This document shows positions 13,431-28,704 of a stretch of DNA of 64,000 nucleotides, in pieces. Both the position numbers and the translations under genes were made by a program. Position 1 is the first letter of the stretch. Every line of letters begins with the position of its first letter. The notes under the pieces are model-generated. The model made no database searches and was not told the DNA's origin. It worked only from the letters and a program-made list of their open reading frames with translations. Origin of the DNA: Enoplolaimus lenunculus (lineage: Eukaryota); the NCBI GenBank assembly GCA_030248215.1, contig JASANG010001649.1, forward strand, positions 372,001-436,000, written 5' to 3'.

Positions 13431-15565
13431 CTGTTGACACGCAAGTTTTTTATGAGAAAGCTGCCACCGTAGAATATACGGTCATGAACAAACTAGAGCT
13501 ATTTCGGTCCCTGTCCCTTCCTAGCGCGTGTTTGCCTAATGCAACACATATGTCAATTTCTCATAACCTGCCCTAATCATTTCACCACACTGAGGCAAAT
13601 AACAAAAACCTCATACCAATTTGAAATAAGAACAAGTGACAAGTGCAAAACAAAAATGAGGTAAACTTGTTTCACTCAAGCTATAGACTCGATCTGCAAA
13701 TGGCATACATTTAAAGTGTATCCAAGTCTTGGTGCAAAACTCTAAAGAACGGCCTCAGCGAAAACTGAAATTAAATCGCCAAACTGTAAGAACTGTAAAT
13801 CCTGGTTAACTCGTGATCCGCAACAGCAGGGGATGGAACAGAACAAAGAGGACCAAAGGGGAAGGTGGTTCGACCTGCTCTGTCTTATGACTATCTTCGA
13901 CCTTGCGATGCATAAAATTAATCAAAACTATTCACAGATATCACGAAAATTTTACTTAACCCCGTCTATAAATATTTTTGCTCCCGTTGCTAAAAATCCC
14001 TAGTTTCCGGCTGCCTGCGCTAACCGTCTTTCGAAAAAAAGACACTGTTACAAGAACCGGTGGTAAAATTCAATTTCGAAGCCAGAACCGAAATTGAAAA
14101 CGATAGTTTTTGAAAAACAACCCACGTTCGGTAAAATAGAATTAAAGAAAAGCCACTTTTTCACAACGAAGTTTCAGAACGGACGCCGCGAACTTTGCAA
14201 AAGCCTATCGCTGTTCTTACGCAGTGCCGGAGCAGGCTAAGGTGGGAGACACAATAAATTCCGGGGTGGTGCCCTCTTGCGAAGATTATAATGTTTTTCA
14301 ATTTTTTTTAACTCGTCTTAGGGTGAGGGCCCCTCTTAGGGGTGGGATAGTCAACCAAATGGGTGGGATTGAGGGTGGCCGCTCTGGTGCTGTTTTCACT
14401 AACGAGTATGCAGCTAAAGATGTCAAGTGGGATGAGGCGCTCGCAGCCAACATAAAAATTTTGGTTAATTTCACAAACGTTTTAGTATCAATTTTAAATC
14501 ATGGGAAATTCGAGCTTGCTCCATAAAGTGTACTTGAACCTCTCCAACATATTGAGCTGGTTGCAAGTGTAGTTTACAAATTTTACAATTTATAGCACTC
14601 TTGTTTCAAAAAGGAACAGATAGCCTATACTTGGTATCAGATACAAAGGGTTTTTTGAAATTTACTTCAAATCAACAGAAAATTCAAAAAAAATTCATTC
14701 ATGTGTATCCACGCATCAACATTCAGCGGAGATCTGCGTAGAACTCTTTAAATTTAAATAATTCTTTGTTAAATCAGGGAAAAACCCTTTGAACATGGTT
14801 TAGTATAAGAATATTTATTCTGAAGGCCAAAAATATTTTCTCGCTCGCTACGCTGCGTCGCAAGTAGCATTTTACATGACGTTATCTTCTTCAGAAATAA
14901 AATCCTGGCTACAGCATTTATTCTAACATAGATTAGTTGTGTAAAAACGTATACACCATGCTGTAAACGAACGGATAGTAAAAATAACGGAAACGGATAT
15001 CAGGTTTCACCCTGGTATACACACATTCAAATTATTGTAAGTAAAATTTTACAAATTTTTACATTTAATTAAAATAGGCATCGCGATAATTCGTCGCCTG
15101 ACGACTGGTTATCTGAAATTTCATCGACTAGAAAATTCGTTGCCCATGATTATGCTTAAGGTTAGGTTTAATAAGCTTAGGATTACGCTTAGGATTATTC
15201 TTAGGTTTATTCACAAGGTTTCGGACACGGCTGGGCTACTAATCGTCGCGCAACGAATTGTCGTAGATTCATTAAAACAGATGATTCTAAAAGTAGAGTA
15301 TACAAAGATATCTTTAAGGTGGCATTTAATATTGCCTTACCCCATTACCCCCCGACCGTTCATCATGTGCGGCTGTAAACATTTGAATGTCTTTTAATTT
15401 TTAATTGGCACAAATTTTGCCCAACACCAAACCATGGATTAGCAGTTTTTATCATAGATATTATAATAGCTCACTGATGATGTTAACTGCTACAAAAAAT
15501 TGCAACCTTTTTGCCATTGGCTGGCATCAATTTATTTGTGTAATTATTTGAAACTCTGACACCTA

Positions 15566-15785
15566 GGCCCACATTCTCAAATGTCTATAGCAACTATCAC
15601 AGTTAGTAATAGGTCTTTAAACTCCCTAACTGATGCAGTTGATGAACTTAAAATTGACACAGGAGTAGAACAAATCATATGCAAAAAATGTGCTAAATTT
15701 TGAGCCTCAGCATTCACTAGTTCCAAAGTTACAAGACCTAACACCAACTGATGACAGGTGCTATACACATTTGACAACACATGTC
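15566..15785. mobile_element. Fold-back MITE (GGGCCCATATTCTCAAAT family)
   Basis: GGCCCACATTCTCAAATGTCTATAGCAACTATCA ... TGACAGGTGCTATACACATTTGA; similar to 4432-4657. Confidence 0.75.
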
Positions 15786-17659
15786 CTGAAATGAAAACTG
15801 AAAATTTCTTCCCAGGAAATTCTACGCTTGCAACCCTGGCCAATTCGAAAGATACAACGTCACATTTTATGGCTTTTGAATTGTAAAATAGTTAAGTAAT
15901 AAAACTCCGCTCTTGGTAAATTAAGTAATGAATCTTTTGAAAAAAGCAAAAAAAAATTTTGAGTACTTTTGACAGTAAAGTATCTTTTAAAAGTTGGAAG
16001 AGAAATTTTTCAACAAAATTTATCACGCAGTAACTTTAACCATAACTGTTGGTTCGAGGGGAGTTGAGACTGACCGGGGACTACGCTGATATAAACCAGC
16101 GAACCTAAACAGGTTCATGTACGCGTCCTGCTATAGTTTGGGAAATTTTCAAAATTTGGCATTACGTAGGCTTTCACTTAGATTCGTCTTGCTTAACCTT
16201 TTAGAGCGAATGTTCACAAGCGCACTTACAACTTTTAACATTCACATCCCTGCTATGAGATAAAAATTAACAAAATTAAAACACGTTTGCATCAAGACTG
16301 AGTCACCACAGGGGCGTTGCCTGAATTTCCAAAAAGGGGTCACGTTCTATTAAAATTTGGCGGCGGTTGTTACAAAATGAAAAACTTCCTAAAAACCCTG
16401 CGGATTAAAATCAAAGAGGAAATTCGGAGTCGCCGTCTAAAACTCTCCTTGACTACATCTTAAACTGATACTTGCGCCTTCAAACACTCAACATAACCTT
16501 GCCCGTAATCGGAAATTTTCAGCAAAACTTTTTGTAACTTTTAGCAATTTGTGAAAATTTTAATCCTTAAAATTGAACATATATTCACGCATGGCTTTTT
16601 CATTCGGACGGAGTGAACGAAATCAAAATTAACTGGATAAAGTTTCGGAAGTAAAACAAAATTTTTTGTCAAATTCAAAGTAAACTTTTGTATCAAGGAC
16701 GAAACCAATGTGAAATACAACAAGTAGTCATAAATCTCGCCCTTTTCTACACAGGAGACGGCGTCAAAATTTATAAATTAGAAACAATATTAAGTAATTA
16801 TTGCAAGCATACTTATTGGCTAAGCTTAAAAGCGAGCGTTTAGCGAGACGGGGCGGAGCATTTGGCCCAATTTATATATACGTTTAAAAACAAAAATTTT
16901 CAACGTAAGATACCTTCTTAAAGAAATCTTTCTAAAATCTATCGGACACTGTGTAATATGTTTTACATGTTACAGCCTATAGAGCGTTTTACGTTGCCTG
17001 ACTTGCAAATTGTTGGCAAGCATAGACAGGACCTAAAAGCAGAGTAATACTTAAAATTGGATTAGAAATGGGGAAAGCTATCGATGCTGCAAAGCATAAT
17101 AGCTTCCTGAAATCGGTGTTTTCTATTTGTTCGGCTTATTAGGGCCCAAGCACAAATTTGTCCTACTGATTAGGTAAAGCCATGGTCCGGTAAAACTTTC
17201 ATTCAGTGGTGAATCCAGACGTTTGTGACGGGTTTACCGCGTGCGCGTGTTGTAAAATGTTAAAAAAACTAGCGAGCAAGAAGCCAAGCGCAATTATAGT
17301 ACTAAGTCTTAATTCAAAGTTTCGTTTTGACCCCTGATGGTGGGCATCGGCATAAAGTATGATGTGGATAAGGATTTTTGCACTCGACCTGCCAAAGAAT
17401 TTTTTCCCTCGGGTTTATCCACGCTAAATAGGTTTAACCAAAACCCACCTTTTACCCATGCCTGAAGTTAAAGCAGTATCTTAATGATCGCTAACGATAC
17501 GCACTTGATTGAATTGTGCGTTAAAGCTCCAATAAATTTTACACCTAAACGCTTACTAAAAACAACACAATTTGAAACCCAACTAAATCAAGCACAGAAA
17601 CTTTGCTTTCTCAACGTTCACTGAAGTTAATAACGTATGTTTTGCACCTTCACTTGTAA

Positions 17660-17850
17660 AGGTTTGACGCGGGTAAATACTGTCAATTTTTTACCCGCAT
17701 GATACAAATCTTAACCCGCGAATATACTCCCGGCTGCAATTAATTTTTTACCCGACCACCGTTTACCCGCTGGTATACTCGCGGTTGCAATTAATTTTTT
17801 ACCCGACCCGCGTTTACTCGCGGGTAAAGTTCTACTCTGCATAGACCTGG
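17660..17850. repeat. TTTACCCG-rich ~51-bp tandem units, probably a transposon subterminal array
   Basis: Units at 17711 and 17762 share TGCAATTAATTTTTTACCCGACC; multiple TTACCCGC/GCGGGTAA motifs. Confidence 0.7.
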
Positions 17851-18327
17851 GTAGCCCCCATTGTATTGCATCTGTTACTGTATTATCGTTCATTTCCGCA
17901 GCTCTTAACAAAAACTAGCAAACGGCTAAAGAACATCAAAAAAAACGCCGCAACGGCGGTCGAGGACATTACAGTGTAAACGATATGACTAATAAAGTTA
18001 ACATAGTAAAAATGACGACGGACCGACCACAGCTGAGTCATTTGTGTAACTAAATGTGTTTGACAATACATTTTAAATATAAATTTAAAGCTATGCTTGG
18101 GTATTTATGCATGGACGGGCACAAAAAAACCCTGTTTAAAATTCAAATTTGGGCGTCGCAAAGAAAGTCATGAGAAGTTGAAATATGTAAAATTTTCAAA
18201 ATTGAACCGTGTTCGAGCATATGCCTGCTAGAAAGATTGTGTGAAAGACCCAAAAAATTTAACGATTTTGTTCAAATAATTTCATCTCAACGCGAAACGT
18301 AATTGGCGTTTTGAAACGTTATAATAT

Positions 18328-18373
18328 TAATGAGCGTCATGGTGCAACGATAATGAGCGTCATGGTGCAACGA
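18328..18373. repeat. Perfect 23-bp tandem duplication
   Basis: TAATGAGCGTCATGGTGCAACGA twice in tandem. Confidence 0.9.
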
Positions 18374-19958
18374 AATTGTTCTTTCAACTCCAGTTGAAAA
18401 TAGATTTTTTCCGGTGACTTCGGCAACTTTGGAGGGGATATTTCTCGTTTAGTTGTACATTTTACTGCGTTTATTTGCAAGTTAGTGGCAGTTGTGGAAG
18501 CTTCAATTGCAGTATACACAAATTTGTCAAATACGAAATTTAAACTCAACTTTTTGCCGCTTCCCAATTGCTATAATTTTGCAAATTCATATTAAAAGTC
18601 AGCAAATACCAATTAAACGTCATTTTTATTTTACCTAATCTGGCTTCGCTTTCGGCTCCGGTATTTGCCGCTTTCGGTTGCACCATGGTAACCCTTGCGG
18701 GGTTGATTTTTGTTGTCGTACAAATTCAGTAACTATTAAATTCATTTAAACAATCTTTGCACAAAAAGTTACTTAAAAGCTTAAACCGACTCTATTTCCG
18801 CCCCGCCAGAAAACAATCCGGCCCTGTTCTATACATGGGCCGCCTAAGCCTAAGCTTAGGTGTAAGAATGAGCTTACACCTCTGCCTAAGCAAAAAATAT
18901 TCTAAATCTTTAAGCTTTACTCTATTGCAGTTCCGCAGAAAAACGTTCCGCCCCATATCATTACATAGGCCAAGATTTTGAAACCTAAACCAGCAAAAAC
19001 ATTGCGAAGCCGTTTCTCAAAAACAAATATCTTAATGTGTTAAAATTTTCAATTTTTTTACACAAATATGAACAAAAACATACGCAGAAACGTGTATATA
19101 TAACAAATGTGCATTTTGCATTGTGAGATACACTCGACTGCAAGGTAACGCAATGAAAAACGTCAGGATATTCATATTTTTAAAATGCAAATACTACAGA
19201 AAATGAAACAAACACTCTTTTACCACAAAAAATACTTTTTCAAAAGAAAAAATTGTACTCATCAACAACAGCGACGGAGGGAGACCAGAAGGCCGTTAAT
19301 CCCAACTCATTTTGGCATCCGGCAGCTGCACTGCAATACAGAAATATTATCACCGATTTGCTGATGCCATAATTAAAACCAAAACTTTATCTGCTTTCTT
19401 AGAGTTAGTCCTTGTAAGCCCGATGTTTGCTACTTCAACCTCCACAGGCGAATTCATCGAACGCCAATCGGGCAGTGGTTTAAACCAACTTGGATCAAAA
19501 ACCTAAATTTTGTGGCGAGATTTAAACTTGTGTATGACTTCTAGCTAGCTTCGCTTGCGAGCTCTTTCCACTATTACAGATCTTGCGACCCCCGATAATT
19601 TTTAACCGCAACTACAGCAACGGAGTAACAACGAACTAAAACAGTGTGCGTAACACGAAGATTTAATTATGACAACATTTCGCGTTCGCTTGAAATATAT
19701 TAATTTATCGAGGGAGCGACCGCGGTCTCCAAATAATTAAGAAGACTACAGAAAAAAATTTACTAATAAAAACTGCAACGAAGAATAACATGTAAAACTC
19801 TCTCTAAATTTCAGAACAGGATATGGCAAAAATTAGCGGCATACTGGCGAAATTAATTCACATTATTGGCGATTTCAGTGTTTGTTTTTATGACGAATTT
19901 ACTTTGTTGCAGGTAGGAAAAAATGAAGAAGTGTTGGCTCATTACGTAGCAGGAGGAG

Positions 19959-20259
19959 TGTATATGTTGTAGGCTAAGCCGTAACTTAGTCCAATTCGAG
20001 CCCAAGCCGTAACTTAACCTAAATGGAAAATGGACAAACCTAATTTTGAATTGGGCTACTTTAGCGCGGAATTATAACTTTGTTTTGCACTAGTCCAAAG
20101 TACAATCAAACTGGATTACCACTATTAAGTAAGCAATCAGAAAAGGCACATGTTTTTCAGACATTATTCCGCATTTTCTTACCCAAGTCGTAATTCCGCT
20201 TTGGACTAGCCCAGTTCAGGATTGGGCTGAATTATGTTTTGGGCTTCATCATATATACA
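19959..20259. mobile_element. Fold-back element with long imperfect inverted arms
   Basis: TGTATATGTTGTAGGCTAAGCCGTAACTTAGTCCAAT pairs with ATTGGGCTGAATTATGTTTTGGGCTTCATCATATATACA; the internal GGGCTA..GCGGAATTA pairs with TAATTCCGC..TAGCCC. Confidence 0.65.
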
Positions 20260-21252
20260 AGAGAGATATAGAATGGTATATATTTCCCTAAAGCAAGGAC
20301 GGATCGTCGTAACCGGAGATCGTATTGCCACCGGACTGACCGAAAACCGAATTTCATACTTAAAGAATTTGTGCTAAAATTGCGTTTGGCCTGTCACTCG
20401 CTTGGTTAGCACGGTTTTCGTCTATGCTGGAAAAGTAAACTTATCTAAGTTAAAGACAGTTCGTTTTGACAGATTTTGTCGTATTTTAATAAGTTTTTGA
20501 AATGATCAAAGCTTGCCAGGTTTGAGGGGTATTGACTCGAGTACTCCAGCGGTAGCTCTGGTGCGGTCTAAAAGTGCAATTGCTGCATACCAAAATAAAT
20601 TGTCAAATATTAAAAAAACCGCTAACGTTTTTGTCGTCACAGACAGAGTTGTCAATGAACGAAAACATACCAAGTTGATTCAATAACTACTGTCAAACAC
20701 TCACAAAACGTGTTCGATTGATAGCATTTTCGTCTTTTTATATCACAAAATAAGTTCTCTGATGACAATTTGACCAATATTGATAATGGGCAACGTTAAT
20801 AGTGTGGGATGATGGTATGTATTGATAACTGTTTATTTATAATTATGTATGAATATAATTATACTATTGCTATTTATAAAGATCGCCCTAGAAATAAAGA
20901 TATCATAATTTTATGATGGCGACCTTGTCTCAAAAGATGACCTTATAACAGACAATTGTGTAATTTTTGAGACATTTGTGTTGCATTTTCGATTGTTGTC
21001 TCGGTCGAAATTGGATCTCTTGCCTTTACGAGTCTACTCTGGATCACTGCGAAATACTAATTGGTTTCAAGCATTTTTGCCAAGTGTACTTTTATGTTTC
21101 TTCGCGAATTTCGCAAAAATATTTCAAGTATAAATTTTAGCAAAGTATTGCACAATTTAAGATTGCAAACGTATTGTGTAAGCACACAATGGATGAACTT
21201 GATATTATATTCTCAGTGCCAACGTTTATTGCGACATTCTTAGCCCCGGTAC

Positions 21253-21666
21253 CGTGGGCGTAGCCAGAATTTTTGTTTGGGGGGCACACAAATACTTTAA
21301 ATGTATATAGTATGTTAATCAGTTTTCATTAATTAGAATGTACAGCAGGGAATGAAACGAAACTGGATTATACCGAAATCCGGGTCCGTAGCCAGAGGGC
21401 CAGGAGGGGCTCAGCCCCCTGAATAAATTTTGGCCCTCCTAGAAAGTTTTCCACCTTGCTTGTAACTCATTGAAAACCTTTGAATGCCCAAGCTGAAAAA
21501 TTTTTTGCCACCCCCCTTAGCAAGGCGAGCTGGCTACGGGCTTGCCGAAATCGGAATCAAAACTACAAATTTTGTGACAATACGTATAGTGTGTATTAAC
21601 AAATAAATTTTTCCAATACCATGGGGAGGGCCATAGCCCCCTTACCCCCGCCTGGCTACGCCCTTG
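21253..21666. mobile_element. hAT-like MITE (outer element of a nest), TSD CCCGGTAC
   Basis: TIR CGTGGGCGTAGCCAG...CTGGCTACGCCCTTG; perfect 8-bp TSD at 21245-21252 and 21667-21674. Confidence 0.9.
21381..21544. mobile_element. hAT-like MITE, CAGGCCCGTAGCC family (inner element), TSD CCGAAATC
   Basis: TIR CGGGTCCGTAGCCAG...CTGGCTACGGGCTTG; perfect 8-bp TSD at 21373-21380 and 21545-21552. Confidence 0.9.
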
Positions 21667-24600
21667 CCCGGTACAGTGCCGCGCTCAAAATATAAGCCCG
21701 CCAAAGTCAGTGTGAGGGGCTTCATAGTTAATATAACCCCTCGAGTTTCTGAAACACGAGAAAAGTCAATTCTCAAGACTCGTATAAATCAAAAAACTAT
21801 ATATAAAACCCTGGTCCTTCTGTGTTAACTGTATATACTAGTTATGGCGGACACTGTAGACTATTAACGGGGGTAAAACAATGTCTCGAAAAATTTAAAA
21901 CTTTCAAAAACCAATAAAAACTTAAACTACGAGACAAAAATACTTGTTTCTACGCGTTAACTTGCTGTTGTTAATCGCAAAGTAATTCAATTTTTGTTAC
22001 ACTTACACCAATTGCATGGTGTATGCGGAACTTGGTATTGGCGGGCATCGGGTGTTTTTACATATCCGGGTATACGGATGCTGTTATATCTGCTGCCCAT
22101 CTATCTTGAGTACAACAAACCAAGGTTCATTATCACCATGTTTGTTTTAGTAACTAAACAATTTCAACGGATTAATTATATTTGCCTGGTTTTCTTCTTC
22201 ATAAGCTTGCAAAACAGCCACGTGAGTCGGATGCTAATATCTCATGGAGACCAGTTGCACCCGTTTAGTTTCCTGAACAATTTTTAGGTAGGTAAGTACT
22301 ATGTATATAGAGTAAAAAAATTAGAAAATATTCAATCGTACCAGTTGGATTAAATCTTTTCTGTCCGAGCCCTAGTTAGTGAACGAGCCGGATAGGATGG
22401 GGCACCCAAAATTCCAGGGTGGGTTGCGATGATCAAAATATTTTTCAAATGCTTTGTTGAAAATCTTGTTTCCCCAAATTGGGGGTATGGGTGGTGGCTG
22501 GTCCGGGTCAGTTGGAACGCCTATTCCAACTCAACTTTTTTGCGCACCCACGACAGCAGGCTATCACCGCGCATGCCGCTGGTCCGACAAATCATTTTTT
22601 TCTGCAAAAATAATTAAAATAGTCCCAAAACACAAAAATCATCTCAAAACAGTTCAAAAATTAAAAATGCCTGAAAAATTAATTTCCGATGCTGCAATGT
22701 TGCACTGCTGAGCGCTTCAGAATTCCCAGCTGCGTACTTTATTAACCAACCAGCTTGTGGCTCCATAACTTACCATAGCTGAAGAGCCGAAAAACCAATT
22801 ACACGAACAAAAACATTCTGAACAGCGTAAGTACTAAAGCTATAAACATTAACGTAGCCTAAGCCTTTTTCGTGCAGGAAACCGGAGGGAATGAGAATGT
22901 TCAGCGTGTATATACAGCAAATTTAGTATATTTGATTTATATATAATTAATTTAAAATTTGTTTTGTTTTTTGAGAATTTCGTTTTGTTTCCTAGGCAAA
23001 GTTTGAATTATGAAATATTAAAAATCCAACTAGCTTACAACCGGCGGTTGACCAGTATGACGTGTTAATTGGTTTTTAAATGCGCATCCAATCGTGGTTT
23101 AAATTTGTGCTTTTAATGAGATCAGCTCAAACGGTCATGTATCGAACGCCTTCAAAACGAAATTTTGAAACTTAAGCACAAACATGAATTTATTAAGCCT
23201 GAGGCTGAACCTTGTTTGGATTTGCACCGTACTTACCTAAATTTGATCAAATGCCTTAGATTTAAAATTTTTTCAAAACTTGTCTCACGCTTTGACAAGC
23301 TTATAGCAGGGGCCATATTCTCATACACGTATAGCACCTATCACCAGCTTTGTAATAGGTTTTTGAAACTCCTGCAGTTGCGAATCTAAAAATTTCCACA
23401 GAAAAAGGGGTAAACCAAATCTGAATAATGTGAAGAAGTTCAACTATTTTGTGATTAGAAAATTACAAGACCCATTATCAACTGGTAATAGGCGCTACGC
23501 ATATTTGATAATGCGAGCACAGATAACAAAATTGTCCAATTGTAACTTTCATGTATGATGCTTCAACTAACTTGCTGGAAGGAGCAAACGTTTTTAAAAT
23601 ATGAATTTAATGTGAAATATAAGCATGAATAATATGAGATATTTGAAAATTTCTGATAAGATCTTGTACTTTTTTAGCATTTTTTGAAAATTTTCAATTT
23701 ACTTACTTACACACAGATACAGACAGCATTGTTGCTCTGTCAAAACAGTAGCCAGAGGTTGAATAGGCTGATCTGTAACAAAGAATTTAAGAGTTAAATT
23801 ATCAACCAAATTGAGCTGTTGAAAGGTTTTCGCTTTCTGAATTTTTAAATGTTGTACATAAATAACATTTTGCACTCAACGAATAACCAAAAAAGTATAT
23901 GAAGAGTAAATTACTATAAGAGCCTTAGCCGTCTAGCCTGCCCTCTGACAATTACGGCTATTCAAATAACTAGTCAACATGGCTGTGATATTTGCAACCG
24001 AAGCCATCATCTTTCTTGCAAAAGTGCCACAACGCAAATAAAAATCATCTTATACAACAATGTATAAAACAAAATTTTCTCAACCTGCTATTTACAACTA
24101 TTAATATATAGTAAATGGAACAGTGGCCAAAATACGTGTGTGGGGTATTCTAGCTTTAATTATATAGATTGAGATACCAAAGAAAGTGCTCCGCTGACAA
24201 ATTAAACAGCTTTAAATCACATAACTCGTCAAAATCATTTAAGTATCGGCTTAATTTCAAACACATAAAGCAGCATTGACGACATAAATAGCAAAAGCAA
24301 CGCTTATAAACCGCAATTAATGCGACGTATCAACATATTTACGACGTCTCAAGTGGCTTAAACTATATGTGTTCCGCCACTATAAATATATACGGAAGCT
24401 TGTGAGATGCAAACAAATACTTAAGTACCTGCACGCGAAATAATACCTTTTTTGGTATCATCTTTGTGACAGTTTAAGCTAAAAATCAAGCTTATAGGAA
24501 TACCATATTCTGTACAATAATTATATTGGCGCACGTAAATGCATGCTAACATCTTAAATTTCTTTAGATTAAGCTAAATGTGAAACCAAATTAATAATAC

Positions 24601-27209
24601 GGCCGAGGTCTTGCTGGAATACATTTGCCCCCTGGAAAAACAGTGGTAAGAAACGCAGCAGTATCGGTGGATTTGAAGTACAGTAACGAATTGTATAAAG
24701 ACAAAATATTGCAGTGCCTCGAGTAAGAACGAAGTAATAAAGACAGCGGAACCCATTTTGAGACCCAATCAATAGGAGTCTGCATCCCTAGTGAGAATCT
24801 GTTAGTGGATAGTGTTCATGAGTCCTAATTCCAGTCCATAAAAGGCACTAAAATAGAAGAATGATTCAAACTGCTCAAAGAATTAGCAGATTAACCGATT
24901 TGACATGCGGGAGACGTAGCAAAAACACAACTCATCAGAATTTTTGTTTATTTTCGTAGAATTACTTCACAAATCAGAGTTCCGATTTTCCAAGGGCATT
25001 ACTAACTAAATGCATAACGTCTACGCTAAAATAGTAATTGCAGCCTGCGCACATCATAAAACAGTTACGAGATAATGTAAAGTGCACACTTGAGTAATTA
25101 TGAAATTTAGTATCAAAATAAACTTATATATCATATTTCTAGTCGAGCATATAAGCAAAATACTATTGGAAAATTTGAACGAAACGCGAAATATTTGCGT
25201 CGTTGTTGTCTAAGAGCTAAGAAGCTACAGCTTATTCCTACATGCTCTAATTCACCTATAAAATATAAATAAGAAGCCGTTGCTAGAACAAGTAGTCTCG
25301 GTGCAAATTGGTATTTTGAATTAATGAACAATCTAAGAATGCGATAACCATTTTCTACAGTGAATTTTCCTATTTTTAGCAGACATCGCTTTTCAAGCTA
25401 GGACTTGAATACAGCTCGATCGGGTGGGAGGCGTTTACTGTCGCTGCTCCGCTATTGGACCTTGAACTCAAGCTTGATGTGGCTCTCACGTCTTGTGAAG
25501 ATTTAGTACTACATACATGTGTATTAATGCCGTGCTTAGTGCCCCCCATACTTTCCAAATTGGGGTCGCTCACACCCAAAAAGCCCCTCACAAAATTTTA
25601 AAATTAATTTGCATTAAACTTTTAATCTAATTCGAATGATTATCGCATGGCGTTTTGCCCGCTTGCTTCTCAAAGTACTCTGCCAGAGGGGTGAAGATAT
25701 TGACGATGGCAACCCCCTAACTGTGACTTAGGGCCGCTCACATTGCCTTTGGAGCGGCTTTCACACCGTAAGCGTGGCCTTGGTTTAAATTGTTAAACAT
25801 GGTGCATTATGTATTGATTGTATGTAATCAGATTCAATTAGTTTCTCATATCATACGCTATGTAGGAAATGGTTAATATTTTCTACTTTCATGGTGTACG
25901 CAGTAAAAGTCCAGAACGAATCCAAGGAAAAACTATTTTGGTTAAACATAGTTGTCGTGTCCGAACTGTTTGCAAGAATATAAAACAAGATGTATGCCTC
26001 CAAAGTACTTATACGAATGATATAGGTACGAAGGTTTAGGTTTTACTATTAACCTATTACATTCTAGAATTCAACAATAGTTTTTACAAGCTAAGACACT
26101 CGCTCCAGAAACCATTACGTGAACTGATTGCTAGTTGAAATGCAATCCTGACTGCGTCCCTAATATGCGTCGGTCAATATGAGAACGTTTGCTCCCAAAC
26201 TTTGCAAATCTTCTGTTTTATGACGCAACATGAGCACAACCGTGCGCAGTTTGTTTATCAAATGCAGTTTTCATCCTATGATATCAATTAATGTTAATAT
26301 CAATTAAAATACCACCTTTATCTTTGAGGAGAAATTTAATTGGTCCCAGCTTGGATGACCTAAAAACATTCTTGAAACATAGGGGACATTTTTCAAAAAA
26401 GTACCACTCCTATAAAATACGGATTTTTGCTTTATATACAATCCTATAATGTGCATTGAATAATACAATGACAGAGCCCTATACATCGTAAAACACAACT
26501 TGACTACAAAATATACCTGGCTAGACACATTAAACGCCACATTACGCTGAAGTTTCAACTTGTGTTTTGCAGGAACTAATAAAGCACCTCTACGCCTAAG
26601 TTGAAAAATAAATCAAAATTTAGGTAAACGAACAATAATTGATGTAGACTGCTCTGTCATGGTTAATATCATAGCACGTTTTTCAAATCATATTCTTCCG
26701 AATAAACAAATAACCAATTTTGTAGCACTTGTGGCAACTTATAATCAAAAACGTCCACCGGGGCGATTTGATACGTAGTATTAAAGTTTTGGCGCGTATT
26801 TTGTTGTCGCCGCCGGTGACGAGGGTAGCTAGGTAATTTATTTCTAAAATAAACCTACTATAATAATAATCATCAGCCACAGCATGGTACCAAATATATA
26901 GCTTTATTTAGCAACTGTATTATATAGACAGCCTGTGTACTGTGATAGTTTGCCGTGTTTAGTATCAAAACGAAGCTTGTATACCGGAAACTAAACAGTT
27001 CTAGCTGAATATGTATAAAGGAAATACTGTTTACCAATAGGAAATATCAGCGGTGTAGCTAGCATTTCACTTCCAAAGAGAATACTTTAAGGAAAGACTT
27101 TTGCAAGCAAGCGTAGCGGGTTATCGAAAAAATTTATGATTTTGGAATGTTACAGATTAATTGCAAAAATATCTTCCTTTTTGATACAGAATCAAAAATT
27201 TTAGGGTTG

Positions 27210-27229
27210 TATATATATAGATATATATA

Positions 27230-27262
<33 letters not shown>

Positions 27263-27290
27263 TTATTTATAGATATATATATATATATTT
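27210..27290. repeat. (AT)n microsatellite
   Basis: Interrupted TA dinucleotide run. Confidence 0.9.
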
Positions 27291-28704
27291 AGATTACCCT
27301 TTGCATACTTGGGAAATGTTGAAAACCAGGACAGTGACTACAGAACAGAGGTACAGGCAACATAAGATATTTTCAATCAAGTAATAGATTTTTGTACTCG
27401 GTGAAGAGACCCAAACATGAATTGAAATGACGTTAATTTGAGTTTCGGCCTGCTTTCCACCATTTAAGTCTAATGGTGCTTATCCAAAAGTATAATGCTT
27501 GAGTTTGATAATAGTTTTTGGCACAAAAAGGCTCTGTTCAAGCAATGGTTCCTATGTTGTCTACTACGTCCCAGGAGTAATTGAAAAGTTTGCGCTAATA
27601 AATTATGCAAACGTTTTACTAAAGTTAAATGCAGCCGAAATTGTAAGGTTTATTGTTGTGGAAACAAATATTGTACCGGTTTAATAGTTGTACCCGTCAG
27701 AGCCGGGTAGAGTGTTCGCTCGACTTTTAGTACCAGATTCTTGTACCCGGTCAGCTGGTGTGTTGAAAACTTTGGGTTGAAAATTATTCATCTGAAGCTC
27801 ACAATGTGGTTGCTTGATAAATCGTTGAAATACATGCGGTGGATACATCGCAAATGACTTAAAAATATTTTGCGTCTTTCGCACAATTTATAAGATTACA
27901 ATATAGAATTATTTGATGGCCACATTTTAAAACCTCAATATTTTTTGAAACAATTAATCACTTGTTCTCTGGAAGAACAACCCATAACAACAAGGAAATA
28001 ATCGAAGAACAGAAATTTTACGCATCTGAATTGCAGCATCTTTTATTGTACAATTGTGTTAGTACATTTTCCTTAGTTCTGCTATTAGTATTAACTGACA
28101 GCCGTAGTTGCAACATATGTGCAACTTTCCTAAAGTACGGGTGTTTCAAACAAATACTTTCACATCACGCATGCAACCTCATTCCATAAATTATAGAAGG
28201 TTTTTTAGACAATGAATCTATATGCACAAGTTCTTTTGTAAAACGATCATGTTATAAATTTTCAAAAACTATCTCCTGCTTAGTTGGAACGGTGCCCATA
28301 ATACGTATGTGAGGCGTTCCAGCTTCAATAATATAGTCATCGCACGGCGCGAGTTAGCAAACACTGGTGGTGTTCATCGAGAAAACATTATAAAAATATT
28401 TCCGTTACAGTGTCAACAATGATTTAAGGCAGCGTTGCAGTAGAAGATTAACCCCTAAAAAGCCGTTTGCTCCAACAGTTCTTTGTATCTCTCACCAAAA
28501 AGCCGAAAATAATTTTTTTGACGATGCGGCCTAGTCTATTTACATATAACAGTCTATTGGTTTTCATGCATTAAAACTTCAAAATCAACAAATCAAAGTT
28601 TCAACCTCAGATGCTACTACGCGCGGACACATTGTTACTCGCAAGAAATCGTTTGGAAATGAAAACAGTAAACAACCAAACATATAAGAAAAATATAGTA
28701 TCGA

